Assembly: GCA_009103225.1 (NCBI GenBank)
Contig: RHPI01002048.1
Span: 361,702-425,701 of the forward strand
DNA from: Chlorokybus atmophyticus
Lineage: Eukaryota; Plantae; Mesostigma and Chlorokybus algae
Length of the DNA: 64,000 bases
Direction: 5' to 3'
Part shown: positions 40,701-52,944 of the stretch, one piece after another
Numbering within the stretch: position 1 is the first letter of the stretch
How the letters are laid out: every line of letters begins with the position of its first letter
Made by a program: the position numbers and the translations under genes
The notes under the pieces: generated by a model
What the model saw: only the letters and a program-made list of their open reading frames with translations
What the model was told of the DNA's origin: nothing
Database searches by the model: none

Positions 40701-41925
40701 CAGCTCAAGCGCTTTGCCATGGATAGAGCGACTCTCATTGAATTGTGTGCAGCGCCGCTGACATTCTTAGCTGCGGTGGGAGGCGTTTACAGTGTGAGCA
40801 TGTCCCTCTTCAACTTTCTTCTCAAGCAGACAGAGCTGAGAGTGCGGTACTTCCGCTACGATGACAAGCTGCTGAACAAACTCGAGAAGGGACGCCTTGC
40901 CTTGGAGAATTGGAAGAAAGTGTGTTATTCTGTACTTTGGTCAAACAATCAATCTGCACAGCCTACCATGAGATGCCTGACCCTCTTGTGTGGCACAGCT
41001 TATCATTAAGCTCAATGAAGCCCAGGCGCTAAAGATGTCGCGCAACTTCCGAATAGATGGGTCTCAAGTGCCAGATGCTTTACGGGCGATGATGAAACAG
41101 CGCCATCATCAGCGAGAGCTTGAGCGAGCGGAAGCGCTTCGGCACGGCCGACTGCACATCACAGGCGCTGTGGCTGTGAAGCCTGACTTCCTTAGTGCAG
41201 ATCGCGCAACAGTGCACGCTGGTGAGCATCATAGCAGTCGTATTGTCTGCAAATCTTGTTCTGTGTACAATTGAAGCTCAGCTGTTCATGGCTAACTGAC
41301 CTGCTTCTCTACAGGCGGGTTCCATGCACCCCATTTGCTGCATGCGCCTTTTGGAGCTGCTCATCACCACCCTCACCATGCGGAGGCGGCATCCTCGCAA
41401 GCAAAACTATCAAGAAAAATAACGGAAGGCGCCGAAGAAGGTCACGACGTGGAGATGGGCGTTGAAGTTACCAGCCAGGCAGCTCCACAGCTTGCTGGCA
41501 AGGCTGATTTAGAGGTGTCCAAACCGCGAAGTGCATTCCAGCGTATGCTGGAGTTTCTCCATGTACGAAGACGCCCACCCCCTGTTGATCAAGTAGCTGA
41601 GAATGGTACGGAGGTCACGCTAGTGGAGACCGCAGCACCAGCAGGCATCCCGCCACTGGAGCTCACACTTTCTGAAGACATGACTTCGGGCAGCGTGAGC
41701 AACATGATGTTTGAGATGCAGAGGATACTGGCAGGCACGCCGCCAGCTGTCACTGCCCAAGATGATGATGAGGATGAAGACGGTGAACTGTTCCAGCCCA
41801 TCCAAGCTCCACAGACACGTGAGGACATGGTGGGTGTGCTGATGAACTTGCGCACGGAGCTGCAACAGACGCAGATTGTGCTGTCTGATGTTGTCTCGCG
41901 CTTCCGGCCACACTCAAACATGTAG
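37728..41925 (+). CDS. Uncharacterised plant-type multi-pass membrane protein (AT5G16520-like), multi-exon, spans an assembly gap
   Basis: Spliced LLIIIWMIGCCSLRF...WFRIR-YMLSRLDRRFSKRHWIDEQRVQ-VKRRTELGGTYSMASYIFIVG and PLTFLAAVGGVYSVSMSLFNFLLKQTELRVRYFRYDD...ALENWKK match my recollection of Arabidopsis AT5G16520. The true start is upstream and uncertain. Confidence 0.75.
40523..40613. other. Assembly gap (N run) followed by poly-C
   Basis: N run directly visible. Confidence 0.99.
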
Positions 41926-43305
41926 TTCAAGGTGTTGGCGATTGTTGAAATCTACTGGTTTCTGCCCGAAAAGCTAACAGCCAGTAGTTGTAGATTGTGG
42001 TTCTTAGCGGCAACAAGATGTCACTGTTGTATGCAACGTTTGCATCATTGCTTTAGTAATGTATGACGTAGCCCGGCTAAAGCTGTTTGTGGAGGCAGCT
42101 TGATGTTGTACATGCAGCAGAACTACGCCAACAATTGCTGCTTGTTAGCTGATGCGTGTGGAATGATGAGTACTGAGGGGTGTCCACATGAATCAACCAG
42201 AAACAGAGTGATACGGAGTGTTACAAAGTCATGGCTATGAGATGTTCAATCCTTCTGGGGTAGTCAGAGGCGGGAGTGGTCTCAGTGGACCAGCACTACA
42301 TGTGAGCCCCTACTGTATGTACACATGTACATGGCATGTGCAGTCCATAGTGTGCAGTTCATAGTGTCAGTTTGGCTGAGCCGTCAGTGTAGGTCAGCCC
42401 GTGAGTTTTGGCAAGCACTGCATCACACTTGTAACAACCATGCAATAACACATCTGTTTGCCTTAAGTTATGATTCAAAGATAACAAAGGATGCACAAAT
42501 AGTATATAGACTCCCTACGCTCTGCAGGTGGTACCCCTCTGACTGCTGTTGCCTCCCCCACCCATGCCTGCCTGCTGGTGTTTGAGGGTCGTAGTTGCTT
42601 ATGTCCTAGCTACCATAGCAGCTTTGCAACAGCTCGAGCTTGGCGCCCATGCAATATATGTGCATTGTGCGGTGTGTTGATGTGATTTTCATTGGGCCCC
42701 TGGACGAGTGAGTTGCTACTTTGCAACTCCTATGTATGCTCTATAGGCTTGTCTATACCCCATGATGCAAGTGCCAGGCAGTAGCAAACACAGCAAGCAA
42801 GCGCACACACCGCAAGACCTTGTCAATAAGTCAGGTGAGGGGCAATGCAAGGCTATGTGCTCTATCTATGCATATGTATTAATATGTGTGAGGGCAATGG
42901 TGGCAGCAGCTCCCTTTGATGACGCGTGCTTGGTAGGTGACGTCTCAATCTGCATTGCTGCATGCTGTGCACGGTGAGTACAAAGCATGCAATGCGGTGA
43001 TGATTGCATTCATCTTCTTGACTGTGCCATTTATGCACGGCGTGAATGCGATGCTTTTACACACCTGCAAGGGTGTGCCACAGCTAACGACTTCCAAACA
43101 GCAGCAGCCATGCGCAAGCTGTCGTGGTCGCCTTCGCGTATACTCTTGCACAATCGCCTCTCAAGCACTGAGGCCTAGGCCTCTAACTGCATGCGTGCAT
43201 AGATGTTGTTGTGCAAAGGACGTGCTGAACATGTACACTGTATGCTGTCTTGACAGGGAACTGCACTGCGACCATATCAACTGTTTTTCGGCGGCGGCGG
43301 GGAGT

Positions 43306-46300
43306 ATGGCCAGCGAGCAGACGCCCTTGCTCGCCGCCGCCGTCCCCGCCGTCGTGTACAGGACGTATGGTAGCCACGGGGACGTCCACCGCATTGAAGT
43401 GGCTGAGTGTGACAGCAACCACGACAAGGACGAGGACGAGGAGGAGGAGGTGAACGAGGAGGAGGCGGCGGTGGTGGTAAAGGACCAACAGGAACCCGTG
43501 GAGCAACGCCACGATGAAGCAACTTCCCGCAGCTTGTTTTGCGCGGCGCCGCTACTGTGGCGCCACGCCAGCTGTCGCTTTGTAGCCCTGCTGCTCGCCG
43601 TCGCCGTAGCTCAGGCAAGGAGCATGCTTGCACATGAGCAATGCATGCGCTGCGTCCATCGGCTAGGAACTGGAGATGCACCTGATTGTCCTTTTCTCAA
43701 CTGAATCCCGTTTTGACTCGTCAGGTGTTGATTATATCTTACGTGGGCACAATCGCCGGCTCCTTCTACAAGGCGCTTGTTGACCAAGACAAGCAGGTCA
43801 GTGTGAGCATTGTGATTACCAATATTGATTGCTATGACTGAGCTTAACACAATGGTGCATGTAACTACCATTGAAAACACGTCCATGTATGCAATGCCAG
43901 TGGTGCGAGTCCTGCTGTGCTGATAGCAAACACAGTGTTCGTGACCAACAAGCAACTTCCGCAGTTGTTTTTATGGACACTGGCTAGCTGCGCTTTGTGG
44001 TATCCGCTTGTGGCAGTAACAGCAGCAGCCCAGGTGAGCAGCACGCAATGCCTGCATGGGTTACACTTCATGCAAAAGCACAACAGTCCTCCCATTGCTC
44101 GAGCCAGCTAGCTGTGGGCAATTGCCATAGAGACACATAGCTGATCTATCACCATGTACAGGTGTATGTCAAGGGAAACCTTGCATTGCACTGGCGCATA
44201 GCTCTCACGCAGCTCGCCCATGAGCTGATCATGCATGACCGCATGTTCTTTACACTTGCACACGATGATGTTCTCGACAACCCTGATCAGCGCATTGCTG
44301 ATGACATCAACAAGTTGTGCCTCACGTCAGCTGGTAAGCAGTCCTTTACCCATTGCTGTCCCACCGCGGTGATGTTGTTGCATGGGCTAACGCACGTGCA
44401 CTTACTGCAGATGTGCTGGCGATAGCTGCACCACTGCCATTGATGATTGTTTACTACACAATCTTGGTACATAGGATTGTTGGTTTGGGCGGCACAGCCG
44501 CCGTGTATTGTTTCTTTGCGCTCAGCTGCGTCGTCAACCGCCTGTTGGTGGCACCAGTTGCAGCTTTGGTGTTTCAGCAAGAACAGTGTGAAGGAGACTT
44601 TCGCACAAAGCACATGAGGTTTGATGCCAGACTTGTATGCTTTCATGCTAGGGCAGCATTATTGTTCAGCAACTCATTCCATTGCTTGTGCTACGCCATC
44701 CGTTATGAAACGCCAAGCTGAGTTTGAATTGGATGTTGATATACGCCTTGTCTTGGTAAGCTCTAACCATCCCTCATCTACCTCAGGTTACGGGCGCATG
44801 CTGATGAGATAGCTCTGGCGAAGGGCTCGCACACAGAGCAGTGCGCTTTGCAGCAGGGGTTTTCGTTGCTGGCGCAGTGTCAGAAGCGTGTGGTGACATC
44901 ACACGCAGCTCTTGCGTTAGCCATGAAGTTCTTTGACTACTCAGGTATGGCATGCGTCATCAACCGTTAACTGCGCAACTGGCAAGTGAGTCGTACAGGA
45001 CTCGCAAGTTGAATGTATGCAGGAGCTGCGCTTAATTACATCGTCATGGCTGTTCCTGTTTTTGGAGGTGCCTTTGCTGCAGATGTTGGCAAGGGCGAGT
45101 TGGCGCGTCTCATCAGCATCTCCTCCTTTGCCGTTTTGCAGCTGGTATACAGGTATGCTGTTTGAGTGTCGTGCATGTTTACATGGCATCAGACTCTGTT
45201 GCAACGCACAGTTTCTCAGTGTACACATGTGCGTAATACAAGTCCGTTACTCAGCTCAAGGCAGTACAGGACTTGCAGTGTGTCTCCTGTTGCGAGAGAA
45301 TTTGCCCAAGTATAGAAAACCTCATCGTTACAAATAGAAAGAAGGCCTTGTTGCCTGCATTCTGCTGCTTCAGTGTGTGGGTGGGGTTTGAGAGCGTCAG
45401 GGAAATGTTACGCCAAAACCACCATGACACTATCACCAACAACAATGAGACCACAGACACTTGGTGATAGTGTCGTCGCGCTATGTGCAGCTTTACTAGG
45501 TTCAATGACTTGTCAGCAAAAGTAGCCGATGCTGCGGCGTATGGTGCGCGCGTGACGCAGCTCTTTGCCAACATCACGCCTGGCCTAAAGCAGCAAATGA
45601 CGCCGCAACAGCGCACCACGCACCAAACTGTCACCAGCAGCCCAGGCGCAACGCTCATGCCGCCAACCCAACTGTTGTGCTTCTTTGATAATGCGGAACC
45701 CAGGGTTGTGGAGTTTTCCATCCATCGCCCGCCTCCACTTTTGCTCGATGGCATCACAGCCTTGTGCACTGGTGTCGATGTTAGCAATATTCTTGCGGTG
45801 CCAACCTTCCAACCCGCTGCACTGGACTTGTGTTCTGGTAAGCATGCCGATAGCAAACTATCATAGGTATGGTTTGAAGTTGCATACGTCTTCATGGTCT
45901 TGTTTGTTTGTTTGAACGAGGACCTGAGGTTGTTTGCTGCAGATGCCATGGAGGTGAAGGCAGAGATGAATCGCTTGTTGTCGCAGTTCATAGTATGGCA
46001 GGAACCTATCTGCAAAGCACTTGCAGAGAAAGGCTTCTGGGCATCAGGCGTCAACCCTGAGACGGGTGGCTTGTTGGGTGCCGATCATGCTGACGTGCGT
46101 GCCGCTCATTACAGCGAAGTGCGTGCAGGCCAGTTCATGCTCGGTTATGCCGCCAAGATGTGTGGCCGATGTCCCGTTCTGATCCACCCAAAATATGGCA
46201 CAGCCGTGTATCCAGCAACGCTGCTGACCGACGCGCCGCTCAACACCCTTCTTGATGTCATATGCACATCCAGTGTAGCTCATCTCAGCAGCAAAGGCTG

Positions 46301-47260
46301 CATGCCTGGCATGCAGCGCATACAACCGCAAGTGATGCTGGCGAACGTTTCATTATCAACTCCGGCCGGAGTGCTGCTTATCGAGATGTTGAGTCTCAGA
46401 CTGTGCGGCGGTGACAGGTTGCTTATCACCGGGCCTAGCGGGTGCGGAAAGTCCTCACTTATCAAGGCTATTGCAGGGTTGTGGCAACTGCAAGCAGGTG
46501 CACTTTGTGTGGCCTATTGGTTCGCACCACTCGGCAATTTGCTGTGGTTATGCACGAACTCGCAGAGTACAATAACATGGCAACGTCATTGTGATGTCCT
46601 CATGACAGGTTATATATCAGTGTTCCCGAGCCAAGATGCATTCATGGCGCTTTCGCAGAGGCCTCTGATGGCGCCAGCAGGCGGCCTTGCTGCGCAGCTT
46701 ACTTATCCGTCCATGCCAAACCTCAACAGCTGCAAGGTCCTGAGGCTGCAAGAGCTGCTTCACCTCGTTGACCTGGATCATCTCCTCCTACGCTGTCGAG
46801 GGGACTGGGAGGTAAGTTGCAAGTACTTGCATGCCACAACATGTGCATGAAGAGGGTGGGTACATGACTGGGACACTGATGGATTTGCCTGCATTGGCAG
46901 GCGGAAATGGATTGGCAAAGTGACTTGTCGGAAGGGGAGAAGCAGCGCATTGCTATTGCCAGGGTGTTGTGTCATAGACCGCCGATTGTCATGCTTGATG
47001 AGGCAACATCTGCACTCCCACCAGACTGTGAGGTATGTGAGGCATGCCATGAAGCTGTTGTTGCTGCATTGCAGTACGCGTCATCAATTGGTTGTGCGCA
47101 GGACCGCATGTACACACTGATCACCAGTTGCTGTCAACTGGTGATATCCGCGTCTCATCACATGACGCTGGCAAAGTTCCACACAGCGCAGCTGTTGCTG
47201 GGCGTGCAGCCTGGCGGAGGTTGGCGATTGCAACACTTGAATACATTGGCTGGTCAATAA
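43306..47260 (+). CDS. ABCD4: ABCD4-like ABC half-transporter with an in-frame MMADHC/CblD-like domain between TMD and NBD
   Basis: Hand-spliced exons keep one frame. TMD: SYVGTIAGSFY, LHWR..LT, LDNPDQRIADD, EGDFRTKHMRLR, FFDYSGAALNYIVMAVPVFGG, FTRFNDLSAKVADAAAYGARV (ABCD4-type). CblD-like segment at 45702-46262. NBD: Walker A GPSGCGKSS, signature LSEGEKQR, Walker B MLDEATSAL, H-loop SASH. The first intron uses a GC donor (43615). Confidence 0.9.
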
Positions 47261-49199
47261 GGCGGACACAAGGTTGCAAGGGTGCACAGTCAGTCTCCGC
47301 TTTCAGTCACGTGGCCATGCAGCGGTGTATGCAAAGCCTGGTGACGCGTGGCAAGGTAACATTTGTCTGCATGAAGTACACACCAGTCGGTTTTGATAAT
47401 CGCCAGAGTTGGCCCAGTCAGCAGACTTGGTGCGAGGCTTTCTGGACTGTATGCAGGGAGCATCTACCGTCTTGCGTTCTAAATGCAGCAAGGGATGCCA
47501 CAAGCAAGCAAGGAAGCAAGGCGCAAAGCTGCGCAAGAGCAGCGTGGCTGTGTGCATTGAGGAGCGAGACAACTGGCGTCATGCAATGTGGCACGGTGCT
47601 ATGTCATTGCGAGACATGCTGATTGCCACCGACCGTGCCGGTTTGCAATCCGCCTGTTTGCCAGAATAAAGTCGCAGACGGGTATTCTATTGGCTAATTG
47701 AAGGGTTGCAAGTTCGTTTTGGCATTTGCTGCAATCGCAGCTTCCGGCTTCAACTGATAGGGTTGCATGGTCAATCCGCTTTGATGATGCTTGCGCATGT
47801 AAACAACATCAAGCCTCTTGATGTAAAACAGGGGAAGGCTGTGTGTTGAAGTGTCCAGTATTTTTTTACTTGACATTGACACTTCGAAGCAAAATTGTGA
47901 TAATGCCCCCCCGCCCTCTCGGCTTAATCTGGTAGGGTTACATAAACAACCAATCCACTTGATATCATGCTTGCGCAGGTAATTAGTTAATACAAAGCCC
48001 TTGGATGTATAAGAGGTGAGGGTAGTGAATAAAATTGCCTATTGGTTTTTCCAAAAAATCACACAATCATTATGTAGCATACATGATATGATATTGCCCC
48101 CACCCTCCCCTAAACGCATGTATAGCATATAAGTCACATTTCATACATGCTCACACGCCGTGCACATACATGTATGCATAAAGTGAGGTGACTATGGTTA
48201 TTGGTAGCAAAACTCATCAACGCAAGCTTTTTTTTCATAAGATCAAAAAGCGGCATCAATAGAACAAATACAATAAACCCCTTTGGGATGGCATGCGTAA
48301 CTTTGATTGAGATGATAAAGGGCAATTCTTTTTCATATTCCATTTATAGATTTTCTCATTACAAGCGTGTTATCATGCTTAATTAGTTGGCAGGGCTTTT
48401 ATATATAGACATTACATTACAAAGTAAAAAACCGCATACAAGTAGAATACAACAACCCTAAATGCAATCGTCAGATTGACTTAAGTATATGTTGAAGTAA
48501 AATTGTAATACTTGCAAGCACAGCTTGCCTATCAGCTAAAGTATGCTTGATCTCTATTCAGCACCGATTGCAAGAGCTCTTATTGCAGAGCCATCATAAA
48601 GCCAATGTAACGTAATGCACTGAGCGGCTTAATGGTTGTGGACTAGATTGGGGGCTTTACAAGAGTCAGGTAGGGGGGTTGCTAGGCCTGGTCTAGCCCC
48701 TCTCCACCCAAGCGCTCCACCCAAGCGTGAACATGCGACGCACATGAGTCACGTCGCACGATGGCTTTATTGGAGATCACCGATTGGTCAAAAACACCAG
48801 GAGACATCGACAAACGGATATCCGTCCCCTTTCTTCCCAACCGTAACAGCGGTCCGCGGCGAATACCCAACCGCCCGATACGGTCGTATCTCGCGCAAGT
48901 AGGCTACAGGCTGTAGCCCTAGACATTTACCAGGTCTAGGCCATGCCGGCGGTTCGCACCCTGCTTGGCTGTACCTTGCCGCGAAGGGGCAGCACTGAGA
49001 GCCTGATTCGTTGGGTCTGGACCAGGACATGCGTAACAAGATTCTGCCGCGGGCGAAAGGCGTAATCGGAGCCGCCAGCTGGCACTCTCCTCCAACACAA
49101 GAGTCAAACGCGATATCTCAGCATTACTTTACACTTGGCCAAATTGGGCAAGAAAAATCAAGCGCATCCTGCTCCTGCTCCTGCTCCTGCTCCTTGACC

Positions 49200-50631
49200 A
49201 TGGCGGCGGCGGCGGCAGCAGCGGCAGGGGTCGTGTCATTGCCAGTCACCGGGCCGGCGTCTTTGTCGCCGTTGCCGTGCGGTAAGGGCAGGTTGGGCGG
49301 CAGCGCTCAGAGAGGCGGAGCAGCCCTCCTCCTCCCTGCCAGCATCCGTGCTGGGGAGAGGGTTGTCCTGAGGCACCGCCGCAGCCGCAGTACACAGGTG
49401 AGTTGTTACTGTGTTGCATTCAAGGAGCCGACAGGGTTGGAGGCCAACGTTTGTAACCCAGCGCTTCAGACTGAGAGTTGGTTCACCTTCTCATTGTGCT
49501 CTGCAGGGCGCTGTGGCGACGCTGGCGACCGAGCTGGGCAGGTCAGAAGAGGGCGGCGACAGCAGCAGTAGAGCAGCGTCTTCAAGCCGACGTGGCAGCA
49601 GCACCGCCTCTTCCTCCTCCTCCTCCTCCTCCTCGTCGTCATCTACTGGTTGGGACCTCACGTACTTGTACGACGGCAGCTGCTCCCTCTGCACAGGCCT
49701 GGTAAGCACAGCCGTGGTAGCGCTGCAGTCAGCCACACCAACTCCAACCAAATGGTTGCCACGTGTGCATTTGGCCCACATGTGTGTGTGTTCTCGCAGG
49801 TGTCTATGCTGCGTGGGCGACGGGGCAGTAACAGGATACGTTTCGTGGATGTGGCGTCCAGCACGTACGATGTGGAAGGCGCGGGCTGCGGCATCTCTCG
49901 CGGCGAGGCCATGACCACCATACACGCTGTTAGCTCCCATGGAGAGGTCTTCACCGGCGTGGAGGTGAGACAATGCCTGCTTGTTGATCTCCGCTATTGA
50001 TCGATCTTAGACAAGCAGTTAGCACCCAGCAGCTGACAGTCCCAAATGCAGTGTCTCTTTTTGCTACTTGTGTGTGTGTGTGTGTCTTGTCGTGGGATGT
50101 GTCATCCAGCATGAAGCTCACCTCCGTCGCTGTCCTGGCAGGCCCTGGAAGCCCTGTACTCAACGGTCGGCTTGGGTTGGGTGTTTCGGCTGGCGCATGT
50201 CCCAATCTTCTCACACGCAGCCAAAGCTGCCTATACTTTTGTAGCTGCGCACCGCATCCAGGCTGGGAGGGCCTTTGATGCCGTCCACGCTATCGCACGT
50301 GTTGCAAAGGTGGGTGTACATGTGTGCGTGCGCCTGAGAGTGCACATGGGCGCGTGTGATGTCATATGTATGCGCACGTCAGTGACTGCATGTGCATGTG
50401 CGTGCGCACGCATCCGAGAATATATACACGCACGAACGTATGCCATTGCATGCGATACATTGCATTAGACACAGTACTGCGCCGCTTTAACACACATTGA
50501 CTCTCATCTGATGAGCATGGCATGCCATTACACAGGAGCATGAAGATGATGGTCCTGTATGCACACTGGCACCCGATTCGCCATGCCGGCTGTCGTACAT
50601 TGAAGACAAGGATGCGCCATATGCTAGCTAA
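49200..50631 (+). CDS. DCC-family (DUF393) thiol-disulfide oxidoreductase-like protein with organellar transit peptide, multi-exon
   Basis: LYDGSCSLC (DxxCxxC), IRFVDVASSTY, EAMTTIHAV...GEVFTGVE-ALEALYSTVGLGWVF...AYTFVAAHR. The N-terminus is Ala/Ser/Arg-rich. The last exon ends KDAPYAS-TAA at 50631. Confidence 0.88.
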
Positions 50632-51722
50632 TGCCGAATACATCACCGCAGCATTGCAAGCTGACTGCAGGTCGCCATGCTGCTGCACTGTTTGTAAATA
50701 GGGTTGAATTGATTTTGAGCCAGCCCATGCATAGGAGTTAGTAAGCAACTGTACGGGCTTGTACAATAGTAGTATTACTTTGATTTGGGCAAATGTCCTG
50801 GCCCTTTGGGTTAGCATTGATATGGACAACACTGCACTGCGGTTGCAGATGTTGGTATGCACTCGGAGGCCATTAACTGACGTGTGCATGATGCTTGCAT
50901 CATGGGCTCAACCCCCAACCCACCAACACCTGTGAAGTGGTTGTCGCTCATGCCATGCACGATCATGTTATGGTAGGCGTGCACATGCAACAGATCATGC
51001 TTGCATCGTTTGTAAAACCAATGGTGCCCACATCGTTGGATGCCTTCGCCTGCCATGTTTGACAATGTCGTGCAGGGGAAGGTAGAATGCTATCATTGTT
51101 GTCAGCGCCACAATGCTGTTATGGTAGGAGTGGACATGTAGGCCAGGTCTGTATCTCTTTTCCTCGTAGTGCGGCCCGTATTGCTTCTCTCTAATCCTTC
51201 TCCACGCCCTTGCTCAGCTGGTAGGTCTTCTGTAGTTGATATTACAATCAATGCCAGATGCGTGCATTCGCTCATCCGGTTGTAGAGTGGCAGCATATGC
51301 CAGACGCATGAAACACGGACAAAAAAACGCAGGACTGATCATGACTATGTGCTACAGCGTCCCACATCCGTGTCTACTGTTGCGGTCGGAGGCATGGATG
51401 AAATTGCCTTGTGTTGTTTGATGATTGCGTTCCTTCGCACAAAGGTGTGTGTGCATTACGCGGGTGTGCATGTGCGCATGGATAAGTAGACGCGTGACGC
51501 AGGCACTGCTATGACTCTCATGACTCCTAAGCCACGTGCACTTGCAACAGATACATCATGAGTGACGGACTGATACAATCCCTACTCACACGTCCACATC
51601 CATGCACGCACACGCTCCTCGCAATCGTATATGTACATCGACTGTACAGTGGCAGCGTCCTGCAAATGTGCCAACCAAGGCAACTCAAGAAACACTCGTC
51701 TGTGTGTGCTGCCTTTTCTCCA

Positions 51723-52904
51723 TTACACCGCCGCAGGCTGCTTCTTGCTGAGCAGATCCGTCACGTCCAGAGCATCCAGCTTTGCAGCCATGATGAAGTC
51801 GTTCTCGGTCAAACCACCTGTCGCGACGACGACACATGAAGATGGCAGCGAAAGAGAGAGACATTCACTCAGCGCGTGTGGGCTGAAAGGAGTAGCCTTG
51901 TGTCGCTTGACCACACCACAGCATAATGCACGTGCGTGCGTGTGTTCGTGTGTGCATGTGTGTCTCTCACCTGCTGAGTGCGTGCAAAGCTCGATGCGCA
52001 CTTGGTTGTACGACTGCAGATGCAAGTCTGGGTGGTGTCCTGAGACACCAAAACACTGTACATCAGCCACGTACCATTGCCAAAATCATACTCCATACAT
52101 AACCTCCCCCAATGCCTACCTTCCGCCTCAGCGACCTCTCCGACACGCTCGAATAGCTGCAACCCCTTGGCGAAGTTCTTCGTGCGGACGTGTCGTAACA
52201 GGTGGGCCCGGCCCTCCGCATCGCGAGTGACCCGCCAGTTGGGCACCTGACACACACAGGCGTGCGTGTGCGGGTACTCACAAGTCAACATGCTCGAGCC
52301 ACACGGCGGTACAGCAAATTTGCACGACACACCCAGCCAGAGCAGAGACATGCTTGGAAGACATGCGAGGATATCCCAATTGCCAGCGTACCTGCTCCTT
52401 GAGTCTGTCTATCTCTTCCTGGCTGAGGGGAGGGATGCCCCCCTCACACGGCACGCAGTTCTTGTTGGCGAGGGAACACGCGCCCGCAGCGCTATCTAAG
52501 ACAGACAACAGCCCCGTGGGCTTGAGTTGAATGCGTGTGGGTGTGTATACACGCACACGAATGTGATGTGCGCACCTGAACTGGCCGCAGCCGCCATGCG
52601 CAGGGACCCGTTGTAGTGAGTGTCAAGGCGCGTGGCCAACCTCAGAGTCCTACCCGCGAACTACCATGCGCAAAGTTTATGCGTCAGACATAGCGCACAC
52701 GCACACGCACACATGTAGACACTACTCTGCTTGCATAACACACAGCCACGTGTGCGTGGCCGTTGGTGGCATTCATCTGCATGCCGTTGCGTGACAACCG
52801 TCACCAGCCCCAAGTCCCCATCCCACTCACTGTAGTGATAGCTCGGCGGGGTGTGCAGAGCTGTCGCCGTAGCAGCAGCGCCGGCCTGCAGGACGAGACG
52901 ACCA

Positions 52905-52935
<31 letters not shown>

Positions 52936-52944
52936 GGTGGCCAT
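51723..52944 (-). CDS. PCD: Pterin-4-alpha-carbinolamine dehydratase family protein (PCD; plastid-type long form), multi-exon
   Basis: LANKNCVPCEGGIPPLSQEEI, KNFAKGLQLFERVGEVAEAEG-HHPDLHLQSYNQVRIEL.THS-GGLTENDFIMAAKLD, with a transit-peptide-like first exon. Confidence 0.92.
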
